Below are positions 1-7,981 of a stretch of 32,000 nucleotides of DNA, one piece after another. Numbering within the stretch: the first letter of the stretch is position 1; each line of letters starts with the position of its first letter. Made by a program: the position numbers and the translations under genes. The stretch is from Rhodobacter capsulatus SB 1003. GTDB lineage: Bacteria; Pseudomonadota; Alphaproteobacteria; Rhodobacterales; Rhodobacteraceae. The notes below the pieces were generated by a model that made no database searches, was not told where the DNA came from, and saw only the letters and a program-made list of their open reading frames with translations. Where the stretch lies: NCBI RefSeq assembly GCF_000021865.1, contig NC_014034.1, positions 120,001 to 152,000 of the forward strand. Reading direction: 5' to 3'.

Positions 1-72
1 GTTTCGGTCGAGAGCTTCGCCACGGCCTTTCGGCGCCAGTTCGGCCTGCCGCCCTCGGCGCTGGGGCGCTGA
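1..72 (+). CDS. 3' end of a transcriptional regulator with an AraC/XylS-type C-terminus (partial; start lies outside the window)
   Basis: Frame 1 reads VSVESFATAFRRQFGLPPSALGR and stops at TGA 70-72. The F-x3-F-R-R-x-F-G-x-x-P-S tail is typical of the second HTH of AraC-family proteins. Only 23 codons are visible. Confidence 0.35.
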   Translation, partial: VSVESFATAFRRQFGLPPSALGR

Positions 73-177
73 GCCGGGCGCGGTTTTCGGCCGCGTCACC
101 GCGCCGTGACCCGTCGGGCGTGGCAAAGCCCGGGCAAACTCTGTATATCTGCGCGAAACGTCGCGAAAGGATTGCCC

Positions 178-792
178 GTGACCATTCATCTGCATCAGAA
201 CGACCTGCCCGAGGGGCTTGATCTTGGCCCTGTCGTCGCCATCGATACCGAAACCATGGGGCTTGATCCGCGCCGCGACCGGCTGTGCCTCGTGCAGATG
301 TCCTCGGGCGATGGCCATGCGCATCTGGTGCAGATCGCGAAGGGTCAGACCGAGGCGCCGCGGCTGTGCGCCATGCTGGCCGATCCGAAGGTGGAAAAGC
401 TTTTCCACTTCGCCCGGTTCGACATTGCCGCGCTCTACAATGCCTTCGGCGTGGTGACCGCGCCGGTCTTCTGCACCAAGATCGCTTCGAAGATGGTGCG
501 CACCTTCACCGACCGGCACGGGCTGAAATATCTGCTGCAGGATCTGGTGGGCGTCGATGTGTCGAAACAGCAGCAGACCTCGGATTGGGGCGCGGCGGAA
601 CTGACCGCGGCGCAGCTCGATTATGCCGCCTCGGACGTGCTTTACCTGCATCAGCTGAAAGCGGCGCTGGTGACCCGGCTTGCCCGCGAGGGCCGGACCG
701 AGCTGGCGCAGGCCTGTTTCGACTTCCTGCCCGCCCGGGCCCGGCTGGACCTGATGGGCTGGGAGGAACCGAATGACATCTTCCACCACTGA
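178..792 (+). CDS. rnd: RNase D-like DEDD 3'-5' exonuclease
   Basis: The open frame spans 106-792. Exonuclease motifs are visible: AIDTETMGL (ExoI), FHFARFDIAAL (ExoII) and YAASDVLYLH (ExoIII, Y-x3-D). I place the start at GTG 178 because GAAAGGA at 165-171 lies 6 nt upstream. GTG 106 is the longest alternative. Confidence 0.8.
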   Translation: MTIHLHQNDLPEGLDLGPVVAIDTETMGLDPRRDRLCLVQMSSGDGHAHLVQIAKGQTEAPRLCAMLADPKVEKLFHFARFDIAALYNAFGVVTAPVFCTKIASKMVRTFTDRHGLKYLLQDLVGVDVSKQQQTSDWGAAELTAAQLDYAASDVLYLHQLKAALVTRLAREGRTELAQACFDFLPARARLDLMGWEEPNDIFHH

Positions 793-1729
793 TTTCGCCA
801 AGACCGCGCGGCGGGTGATCGAAATCGAGATCGCCGGGCTGACGGCGCTGGCCGAAAGTCTGGACGGCGCCTTTGGCGCGGCGGTGCAGATGATCCTTTC
901 TGCGCGCGGGCGGGTGATCGTTTCGGGCATGGGCAAGTCGGGCCATATCGCGCGCAAGATCGCGGCGACCTTGGCCAGCACCGGCACGCCCGCGCAATTC
1001 GTGCATCCGGCCGAGGCGAGCCATGGCGATCTGGGCATGGTCACGCGCGAGGATGTGGCGCTGGTGCTGTCGAATTCGGGCGAGACGCCGGAGCTGGCCG
1101 ATCTGATCGCCCATACGCGGCGGTTTTCCATTCCGCTGATCGGCGTCGCCGCGCGGCCCGATTCGACGCTGTTGCGGCAGGCCGATGTGGCGCTGGTGCT
1201 GCCGCAGGCGGTCGAGGCTTGCGGCACCGGCGTCGTGCCCACCACCTCGACAACGATGACGCTGGCCTTGGGCGATGCGCTGGCGGTCGCGCTGATGGAG
1301 CATCGCCAGTTCACCCCCGAACATTTCCGCACTTTCCACCCCGGCGGCAAGCTGGGGGCGAAGCTGTCGAAAGTCGCGGATCTGATGCACCGGGACATGC
1401 CGCTGGTCACCGGCACGACGCCGATGCCCGAGGCGCTTCTGATCATCAGTCAAAAGGGCTTCGGCGTCGTCGGCGTCACCGATGCCGGGGGGCGGCTGAT
1501 CGGCATCGTCACCGATGGCGATTTGCGCCGCCACATGGACGGGCTCTTGTCGCGCAGCGTGGCCGAGGTGATGACCCGCACGCCGCGCACCATCGCCCCC
1601 ACCGCGCTGGCCGAGGCCGCCGTGGCGGTGATGAACGACTGCAAGATCACCTGCCTCTTCGCGGTCGAGGACGGCAAGCCGGTCGGCATCCTGCATATCC
1701 ACGACTGCCTGCGCGCCGGGGTGGTGTGA
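773..1729 (+). CDS. kdsD: Arabinose-5-phosphate isomerase (KdsD/KpsF family: SIS domain plus CBS pair)
   Basis: SIS motif VSGMGKSGHIARKIAATLASTGTP, with a C-terminal tandem CBS region. GGGAGG RBS at 761-766. It sits directly upstream of lptC-lptA-lptB, as in the conserved kdsD-lptCAB arrangement, and overlaps rnd by 20 nt. Confidence 0.9.
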   Translation: MTSSTTDFAKTARRVIEIEIAGLTALAESLDGAFGAAVQMILSARGRVIVSGMGKSGHIARKIAATLASTGTPAQFVHPAEASHGDLGMVTREDVALVLSNSGETPELADLIAHTRRFSIPLIGVAARPDSTLLRQADVALVLPQAVEACGTGVVPTTSTTMTLALGDALAVALMEHRQFTPEHFRTFHPGGKLGAKLSKVADLMHRDMPLVTGTTPMPEALLIISQKGFGVVGVTDAGGRLIGIVTDGDLRRHMDGLLSRSVAEVMTRTPRTIAPTALAEAAVAVMNDCKITCLFAVEDGKPVGILHIHDCLRAGVV

Positions 1730-2328
1730 TGACCGCCGAGAGCCGTCATACCGCGCTGGTGCATTGGGCGAAGATCGCCCTGCCGCTCAGCGCGCTGATG
1801 CTGCTTTCGACGCTGTTCCTGTTTTCCGGCAAGGTCGATCCGACGACGGCGGCGATCTATTCCAAGGTCGATGTCACCACGCTTGCCCGCGAGCAGCGCC
1901 TGACCGCGCCCGAGTTTTCCGGCCTGACCGAGGACGGCGCGGCGCTGACCGTGCGGGCCGCCACCGCCGCGCCGGACCCGGCGGGCAAGGGCGCCTCTGC
2001 CAGCCAGATCATCGCCAAGCTGGAGGAAGGGCCGGGCGTCGTCACCGACCTGCGGGCGAAATCCGGCCGGATCGATCCTGCCGCCGGGCAGATCCGGCTG
2101 CGCGACGGGGTGGCGGTGCAGACCTCCTCGGGCTACCGGATCTCGACCGAGCAGCTTTACATGGCGACCGACCGCACCGCGATCACCGCCCCGGGCGCGG
2201 TCTCGGCCGAGGCGCCCTTTGGCAACTTGCAGGCCGGACGGATGCAGATTGACCGCAAGGATGCGGAAACCGGCTCTGATCTGGTGTTCCAAGGCGGTGT
2301 GAAGCTGATATATCACCCGCAGAAATGA
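1729..2328 (+). CDS. lptC: LPS export protein LptC-like (single N-terminal TM anchor)
   Basis: ATG 1729 overlaps the kdsD stop by 1 nt. It has an N-terminal hydrophobic anchor (IALPLSALMLLSTLFLF) and is about 200 aa. The call rests mainly on its position between kdsD and lptA, because LptC sequence conservation is intrinsically weak. Confidence 0.7.
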   Translation: MTAESRHTALVHWAKIALPLSALMLLSTLFLFSGKVDPTTAAIYSKVDVTTLAREQRLTAPEFSGLTEDGAALTVRAATAAPDPAGKGASASQIIAKLEEGPGVVTDLRAKSGRIDPAAGQIRLRDGVAVQTSSGYRISTEQLYMATDRTAITAPGAVSAEAPFGNLQAGRMQIDRKDAETGSDLVFQGGVKLIYHPQK

Positions 2329-2335
2329 GGTTCCG

Positions 2336-2821
2336 ATGCGCTTTCTGCCTGCCCTTGCCGGTCTGACCCTTGCCCTCGGTTTCGGGGCGGCCCTGGCCCA
2401 GGAGGTCGCCTTTCCCGGCCTGCGCACCGATCCCGACGCGCAGGTGGAGGTGACCGCCGACAGCCTCTCGGTGCATCAGGCCGATGGCTCTGCGGTCTTC
2501 ACCGGCAATGTGCTGATCGTGCAGGGGCCGATGCGGCTGAAGGCCGAAAAGGTCGAGGTCGAATATGGCGCCGACCGCAGCAGGATCGCGAAGCTGCATG
2601 CCTCGGGCGGGGTGACGCTGGTCTCGGGCAAGGATGCGGCCGAGGCCCGCGAAGCCGTCTATGAGGTCGCCGCGGGCGCGGTCGAGCTGACCGGCGACGT
2701 GCTGTTGACCCAAGGGCCGAACGTGCTTTCGGGGCAGCACATGACGATCGATCTGAAGACCGGCACCGGGCGGATGGACGGTCGGGTGCGGACCATCCTG
2801 CAACCGGGGGAAACCCCATGA
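2336..2821 (+). CDS. lptA: Periplasmic LPS transport protein LptA (OstA-like)
   Basis: Signal peptide MRFLPALAGLTLALGFGAALAQE. OstA-like beta-jellyroll pattern (VTADSLSV...AVFTGNVLIVQG...LKAEKVEVEY...). ATGA overlap with lptB at 2818-2821. Confidence 0.82.
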   Translation: MRFLPALAGLTLALGFGAALAQEVAFPGLRTDPDAQVEVTADSLSVHQADGSAVFTGNVLIVQGPMRLKAEKVEVEYGADRSRIAKLHASGGVTLVSGKDAAEAREAVYEVAAGAVELTGDVLLTQGPNVLSGQHMTIDLKTGTGRMDGRVRTILQPGETP

Positions 2822-3576
2822 CCGAGGCGAAAAGGATCGATGCCGAAAGCCTGACCGGGCTGGATGTGACCAGCCTGCGCAAGAGCTATCGCAAGCGGCT
2901 GGTGTTGCGCGATGTGTCCTTGCGGCTGGAACGCGGCGAGGTGGTGGCGCTGCTCGGTCCGAACGGGTCGGGCAAGACCACCTGCTTTTACGCCATCGCC
3001 GGGCTGGTGGCGCCCGATGCCGGGCGGGTCAGCATCGACGGGATCGACGCGACCGGGCTGCCGATGTATCGCCGTGCCCGGCTGGGCATCGGCTATCTGC
3101 CGCAGGAGGCCTCGATCTTTCGCGGCCTGACGGTGGAGCAGAACATCATGGCGGTGCTGGAAATCGCCGTCGCCGATCCGCACCACCGCCGCGAGCGGCT
3201 GGAGGAACTTCTGGGCGATTTCGCCATCACCCATCTGCGGCAGGCGCCGGCGCTGGCGCTCTCGGGCGGCGAGCGGCGGCGGGTCGAAATTGCCCGCTGT
3301 CTGGCGGCTGACCCGAAATATCTGCTTCTGGATGAACCCTTTGCAGGGGTGGACCCGATTGCGGTGGCCGAGATCCGCGCCCTGGTGTCGCATCTGAAAG
3401 AACGCGGCATCGGCGTTCTGATCACCGATCACAACGTCCGGGAAACGCTGGAAATCGTCGATCGGGCTTATATCCTTCACGATGGCAGGGTGCTGATGTC
3501 GGGCCGCACCGAAGAGGTGGTGCAGGACGAAAACGTCCGTCGCGTCTACCTCGGCGAGAATTTCCGCATTCAGTAA
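2818..3576 (+). CDS. lptB: LPS export ABC transporter ATP-binding protein LptB
   Basis: Walker A GPNGSGKTT, signature LSGGERRRVEIAR and Walker B LLLDEPFAGVDP. Synteny after lptA. Confidence 0.93.
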   Translation: MTEAKRIDAESLTGLDVTSLRKSYRKRLVLRDVSLRLERGEVVALLGPNGSGKTTCFYAIAGLVAPDAGRVSIDGIDATGLPMYRRARLGIGYLPQEASIFRGLTVEQNIMAVLEIAVADPHHRRERLEELLGDFAITHLRQAPALALSGGERRRVEIARCLAADPKYLLLDEPFAGVDPIAVAEIRALVSHLKERGIGVLITDHNVRETLEIVDRAYILHDGRVLMSGRTEEVVQDENVRRVYLGENFRIQ

Positions 3577-3802
3577 CAAAGGTTTCACAAAGGATGCGTT
3601 CGGGCAGTTGACAGCCCCGCCGTTCCGTTCCCAAATACGGGGTATGTGCACCAACGCACCCTCGCCCCGTTTCCCGTTCGGCCCGATTCCCGGCCCGCTC
3701 CGGTTTTGGGGCTCGACCTCCCCGGTTTCAAAGAAGAGTTCAACCACCTCGCATTCCGGACAGAGCATTCCGGTTGCGGGACAATGACGTGAAGGAGAAG
3801 CC

Positions 3803-4378
3803 ATGCGTTATCAGATCAGCGGAAAACAGCTCGACGTTGGCGAAGCCCTGCAAACCCATGTGAAGACCGAATTGGGGGAAACGGTCGACAAATACATGCA
3901 GCGACCCACCGATGCGACCGTGGTTTTTTCGCGGACCTCGCATGAATATGTCTGCGAAATCACCGTGCACCTGTCCACCGGCCTGACCGCCTCGGCCGCG
4001 GGCCGTGCGGGCGAGGTCTATGCCGCGTTCGAGGCCTGCCGCGAAAAGATGGACAAGCAGCTGCGCCGTCACAAACGCCGCCTGAAAGACCATCACCGCG
4101 AACGCGTGACGCCGGTTGAATTCGATGCCGCGGGCCTGTATGTGCTCGCCGCGGAAGATGACGAGACGGAACCCGATGGCGACAGCCTGGCGCCGGTGAT
4201 CGTCGCCGAGATGGAGACGAAAGTCCCCACGATCTCGGTCGGCGAGGCGGTGATGCAGATGGAGCTCTCGACCAAGCCGCTTCTGGTCTTCCGCAACGAG
4301 AAACACGGCGGGGTCAACGTGGTCTACCGGCGGGACGACGGCAACGTCGGCTGGATCGATCCCCGCAACATCAAGTGA
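3803..4378 (+). CDS. hpf: Ribosome hibernation promoting factor, long form (sigma-54 modulation protein family)
   Basis: N-terminal YfiA/HPF domain (MRYQISGKQLDVGEALQTHV...) plus a C-terminal long-HPF domain (VFRNEKHGGVNVVYRRDDGNVGWIDP). GAAGGAG RBS upstream of the ATG. Followed by ptsN. Confidence 0.9.
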   Translation: MRYQISGKQLDVGEALQTHVKTELGETVDKYMQRPTDATVVFSRTSHEYVCEITVHLSTGLTASAAGRAGEVYAAFEACREKMDKQLRRHKRRLKDHHRERVTPVEFDAAGLYVLAAEDDETEPDGDSLAPVIVAEMETKVPTISVGEAVMQMELSTKPLLVFRNEKHGGVNVVYRRDDGNVGWIDPRNIK

Positions 4379-4409
4379 GCGTTCGACGATGGGCGCGGAA
4401 AAAGGACAG

Positions 4410-4877
4410 ATGGATCTTTCCACCCTGCTCAAACCGGCGGCGGTCAAGGTGTTGACCAATGTCACGAGCAAGAAGCGCCTGTTTCAGGACCTTTCCGAAA
4501 TCGCGCATTCAGCCTACGGGCTGGATGCGATCCAGACCGTGGACGCGCTGCAGGAACGCGAGATGCTGGGACCGACCGGGGTCGGTCACGGGGTTGCGCT
4601 GCCGCATGCGCGGCTGCACGGGCTGAAATCGGTGGTGGGCGTGTTCCTGCGTCTGGAAAAGCCGCTTGATTTCGACGCGGTGGACCGGCTGCCGGTCGAT
4701 CTGATCTTTGCGCTCTTCGCGCCGAAGGATTCGGGCGTCGAGCATCTGAAGGCCTTGGCGCTGGTGTCGCGGACGCTGCGCAATGTCGAGACCTGCGCGA
4801 AGCTGCGGGCCAATTCCGATCCGGCGGCGCTGCATGCGGTGCTGACGGCGGCCTCGGGCGGCGTTCAGGCGGCCTGA
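4410..4877 (+). CDS. ptsN: Nitrogen-related PTS EIIA protein PtsN
   Basis: EIIA(Ntr)-type sequence with the phosphorylatable His context GVGHGVALPHARL. Conserved hpf-ptsN adjacency. ATG 4410 is preceded by AAGGA at 4402-4406. In-frame ATG 4389 has no RBS and is the alternative. Confidence 0.85.
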   Translation: MDLSTLLKPAAVKVLTNVTSKKRLFQDLSEIAHSAYGLDAIQTVDALQEREMLGPTGVGHGVALPHARLHGLKSVVGVFLRLEKPLDFDAVDRLPVDLIFALFAPKDSGVEHLKALALVSRTLRNVETCAKLRANSDPAALHAVLTAASGGVQAA

Positions 4878-4889
4878 TCAGGCCTTTTT
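4871..4889 (+). terminator. Candidate intrinsic terminator of hpf-ptsN formed by a 14-bp palindrome that contains both convergent stop codons
   Basis: GGCCTGATCAGGCC (4871-4884) is a perfect palindrome (5-bp stem, GATC loop) followed by TTTTT. The short stem limits confidence. Confidence 0.4.
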
Positions 4890-6281
4890 CCGTTTCCACG
4901 GCCCGAAGCCGAATTGCATGTAGTCGCGGGAATAGGTGTCCGCGGCGGCCTGTTCCAGCTCGGGCGTCCAGACATCGGCGAGCTTGACCGGCGCGGTATC
5001 GCCCCGTGGCGCCGCAAAGGCCGGGGCTTTCGCCCCGACCATCTGCGCCAGCGCGGCCAGATCCTCGGCCAGGCGATCTTCGCGCGCGACCAGATCCGGG
5101 GGCGTGAACTGCGCGATCCCCTGCAGGCTGGCCGATTGGCTGGCCCAGAGCGGATGCACGGCAAGGCTGGTCTGCGCGTTCAGGTTCGTCTTCAGCCAGC
5201 CCAGGAAAGCCAGCAGACCCGCCGCCCAGTCCTGCGCCGCCATCGGCTTGCCCTCGGGCGGCAGCGGCAGCTTGTAGCTGCGGCGCAGCACCTCGCGGGT
5301 GTCGGCCATCCCGTCTTTCGACAAGAGCGCCGCAAAGGCCAGATGCGCGCGCAACAGCGGATGGCGCACGACGGTGAAGCTGCGGTGGCCGGGATGCCTG
5401 CGCTTCCACTGCCGCAGCGTCTTTTGCGAGAAATCGTCTTCCAGCGGGCCAAGCTTCCCCAGCCAGTCGCGGATCGGCGCCTCCAGCCCCGGCCGGATCG
5501 GCAGATACAGAAGCCCGGCATCGCAGCCGACGAAAGCGGGCACGCCCGGCCCCCGGCGCGGCTCGAAATTCGGCGTGCGCGACAGGTTGAACCGGTCGAG
5601 CTTCGCCAGCGCGGCCTCGATCGCCGGGAAATTCGCCACCTTTTCCTCCAGCGCCTCGGGGTTCTGCACCACAAGGCTGGAGGGCAGGGCGGTCAGCCGC
5701 CCCGCGATCCCCAGCCAGGCGGCCAGACCGTTCAGCACCGCCAGATCCTGCGCATCTTCGTAATCGATGTAAAAGGCCGTCTGCCCCGAGGTCTGCAAGG
5801 CCCGCATCAGGGTGATCTGAAAGCCCTGCAATGCCTCCAGATGCGTTTCGAATTCGGCGGCGTCGAACTCTGCCTGCGGCGTGTCCTTGCGGTGTTTCGC
5901 ATCGCCCAGCTTCCACTGCCCGGTCGCCCGCGCCAGTTTCAGGCTGACATAGCTTTCGACCGGATTGCGGGTCAGCACGATCTTGGCGCAGCGCGGATCT
6001 TCCAGCATGGCCGAAAGCACGCGCGGATCGTGGTCGTGAAAGAACCGGCAGCCGTTCAGCCCCCCGGCGGTCCTGATCCGGGCCCAAAGCGCCAGCGGAT
6101 CGGCATCGCGGGCCTCGCGCGTCAGGCCCAGAAGCTCGGTCTGTTTCGGATAGCCGATCAGCGCCGGGTTGAAGGCCTCGCCGTGGCAGCTGACGCCGGG
6201 CAGGTCGTTCAGCGCGGCTTCCAGCAGGTTCGACCCCGTGCGCATTTCGGCAAAGACGACGAAACAGTCAAACCGGCTCAT
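4878..6281 (-). CDS. Two-domain sulfotransferase-like protein (N-terminal NodH/Stf0-like domain plus C-terminal sulfotransferase-family-2-like domain)
   Basis: N-terminal half: FVVFAEMRTGSNLL resembles the PAPS 5'-phosphosulfate loop, and KIVLTRNPVESYVSL resembles the 3'-phosphate motif (RNP..-..S). C-terminal half: LLYLPIRPG, FTVVRHPLLRAHLAF and a terminal YSRDYMQFGF resemble Sulfotransfer_2-type proteins. The start is 1 nt after the stop of the upstream GT14 gene. Family assignment is from recalled motifs only. Confidence 0.65.
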   Translation of the reverse strand: MSRFDCFVVFAEMRTGSNLLEAALNDLPGVSCHGEAFNPALIGYPKQTELLGLTREARDADPLALWARIRTAGGLNGCRFFHDHDPRVLSAMLEDPRCAKIVLTRNPVESYVSLKLARATGQWKLGDAKHRKDTPQAEFDAAEFETHLEALQGFQITLMRALQTSGQTAFYIDYEDAQDLAVLNGLAAWLGIAGRLTALPSSLVVQNPEALEEKVANFPAIEAALAKLDRFNLSRTPNFEPRRGPGVPAFVGCDAGLLYLPIRPGLEAPIRDWLGKLGPLEDDFSQKTLRQWKRRHPGHRSFTVVRHPLLRAHLAFAALLSKDGMADTREVLRRSYKLPLPPEGKPMAAQDWAAGLLAFLGWLKTNLNAQTSLAVHPLWASQSASLQGIAQFTPPDLVAREDRLAEDLAALAQMVGAKAPAFAAPRGDTAPVKLADVWTPELEQAAADTYSRDYMQFGFGPWKRKKA

Positions 6282-6282
6282 C

Positions 6283-7971
6283 TCATTTCACCAGATAGGG
6301 GCGGCGGCGCGGCGGCGGCACGGTTTCCCCCGCCACCGGAAAATCGCCCATCAACCGCGGTTGCATGCCCTGATTGCGCAGGTTCTGCAGGAATTGGCCA
6401 AAGCCGGTCAGGTCGATCATCTGCGGCGCCTCGGTCAGCCTGCGCGTCGCGCGCGGGCTGATTTCGTCGATGATCATCTGCAGCGGCTCCATCGGGTTTT
6501 CGATGAATTCCGCCATCGTCCAGATCCGCACCCGCGCCTTCACATACATCGAGCGCAGGATGTTCAGATGCTCGATCTCGATCTGCTGCAGCCGGGCGGC
6601 TTCGCGGCGGATCTCGCTGAAATCCATCTGCGAATGAAACAGCGGCACCGCCCAGGCCCCCGAGATGACGGAAATCTGCGCATTCGGATCGGTGGCGGTG
6701 AACCAGTTGATGTCCTGGGTATCGCGGGGGGAAAACATGAAACATTGCCGCTCGCCGCGGCCGTTCCAGATCAGATTGGTCAGGAAGCCGCGTGGGTTGT
6801 AGTCGCGCAGCGCCGCGCTGTCGCTCAGACAGCCGTTGAACATCCGCTCGCCCCCGGCGAAAGCCACGCGGTCGGGCCCGAACAGATGGCCATGCACCCG
6901 GGCGCCGACATATTTCGCCAGCCAACCTTCGAAGTTTTCGAAAAGATCCGAAAATCCCTGAAAGATCGAATATTGCGCCGAGGTCTTGCCGTTCTCGTGG
7001 TCCTGCCGCGGAAAGCGGCTTTGCATGTAAAGCCCGGGCCGCCCGCGCGTGCGCCGTTCGACCGCCTTGGAAAACAGCCGGTCGATCTTGGACGGATTCG
7101 GCTCGGCCAGGCTTTCGGCGGGCCGGTCCGAGAGGAAGGTGGCGTAAAGCTTGTCCGCCTTCGGCCAGATCTTGCGGGCCACGAAACAATCCGACCGGCG
7201 CAGAAGCTGCAGGTGATCGTCGTAGAAGATATGCGGCTTGCCCTGATAGTCGAATTTCGACAGCGTCAGCGAGCGGCTTTCGATATTCGTCGCATAAAGC
7301 CGCGCCAGCGACTGGAAATAGCTTTCGTCGGGGATCCAGACGCGGCGGAAATAGCGGTCATGCAGCGGCCGGTCCGGGTCTTGCAGGATCGCCGTCAGGG
7401 TCGGGCGCGACAGGCACCACCATTGGCTGCCCAGATGCGGGACGATGCCGCCGGGGATCTTGCGCTTGAAGCCGATGCGGCGCTGGAAATCGACATAGGC
7501 ATCGAACAGCCGCCGTCGCTTTTTCCAGGAAAACGGGAAGCGCAGGGTGAAGCGTTCCATGTCGATGCCGCCCACCGTCCAGCCGACCTCGGCGGTGGTG
7601 ACGCTTTCGATGAAATCGGTGCCCGGACGGGCGGCCAGATACTCGGCCAGCTCATGCAGCGGCCGCAGCGGCAGACAGGCGCCCGAAGCGAGAAACACAT
7701 GCCCGACCTCGGGGTGGCGGGACAGCATCTGCGTGGCCCCGGCCTGTGCCGCCTGCACCAGTGACCAGGTGCCCCAGTCGCATTTGAAGCGCTTGCAGAA
7801 GGAGACCATGTCCAGATCGGCCAGCGCGCGGCCAAGGCTGTCGAAGTCCTGCGCCGGAACCCGGGCATCGACATGCACCACCACCGGCGCCCCGTGGCTG
7901 GCCCAGTAGCGCGCCACCTGCGCCGCCCGGTCCAGCGCGGTGTGACACATCATGATGAAGCCGACCGTCAC
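6283..7971 (-). CDS. GT14 (Core-2/I-branching, 'Branch' domain) glycosyltransferase with a ~280-aa C-terminal domain of unknown function
   Basis: N-terminal ~280 aa carry Branch-type patterns: FIMMCH start, GSQWWCLSR, IPDESYFQSL and FVARKI. GTG start at 7969-7971 with GAGGG upstream. The remaining half has no motif I recognise. Confidence 0.7.
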   Translation of the reverse strand: MTVGFIMMCHTALDRAAQVARYWASHGAPVVVHVDARVPAQDFDSLGRALADLDMVSFCKRFKCDWGTWSLVQAAQAGATQMLSRHPEVGHVFLASGACLPLRPLHELAEYLAARPGTDFIESVTTAEVGWTVGGIDMERFTLRFPFSWKKRRRLFDAYVDFQRRIGFKRKIPGGIVPHLGSQWWCLSRPTLTAILQDPDRPLHDRYFRRVWIPDESYFQSLARLYATNIESRSLTLSKFDYQGKPHIFYDDHLQLLRRSDCFVARKIWPKADKLYATFLSDRPAESLAEPNPSKIDRLFSKAVERRTRGRPGLYMQSRFPRQDHENGKTSAQYSIFQGFSDLFENFEGWLAKYVGARVHGHLFGPDRVAFAGGERMFNGCLSDSAALRDYNPRGFLTNLIWNGRGERQCFMFSPRDTQDINWFTATDPNAQISVISGAWAVPLFHSQMDFSEIRREAARLQQIEIEHLNILRSMYVKARVRIWTMAEFIENPMEPLQMIIDEISPRATRRLTEAPQMIDLTGFGQFLQNLRNQGMQPRLMGDFPVAGETVPPPRRRPYLVK

Positions 7972-7981
7972 CGCCCCGCCC

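Noticed and set aside
106-177. Longer N-termini for rnd (GTG 106), kdsB (to 13182), cysQ (to 13865), dnaE2 (to 29338), phoA (23793) and the ABC-2 permease (13762)
   Set aside because: The extensions are Arg-rich, lack ribosome-binding sites, overlap neighbouring genes or precede obvious signal peptides and conserved N-termini. Internal starts with an RBS are preferred, but this has not been verified experimentally.
506-2427. Minus-strand ORFs 506-1702 (398 aa) and 1450-2427 (325 aa) opposite kdsD and lptC
   Set aside because: The translations are Arg/Gly/Asp-rich and lack motifs. The plus-strand frames give SIS/CBS domains and LptC in conserved synteny.
3577-3802. Degraded rpoN remnant or a sigma-54 (TGGCAC-N5-TTGC) or EcfG-type (GGAAC-N16-CGTT) promoter upstream of hpf
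   Set aside because: The spacer is far too short for an rpoN pseudogene, and no frame shows RpoN-like sequence. I found no TGGCAC/TTGC pair or GGAAC...CGTT pair with correct spacing.
4462-6461. ORFs 4462-6087 (minus strand, 541 aa) and 4914-6461 (plus strand, 515 aa) overlapping the sulfotransferase gene
   Set aside because: They have extreme Arg/Ala/Gly/Pro content. The 4878-6281 frame has balanced composition, sulfotransferase-like motifs and tight coupling to the upstream gene.
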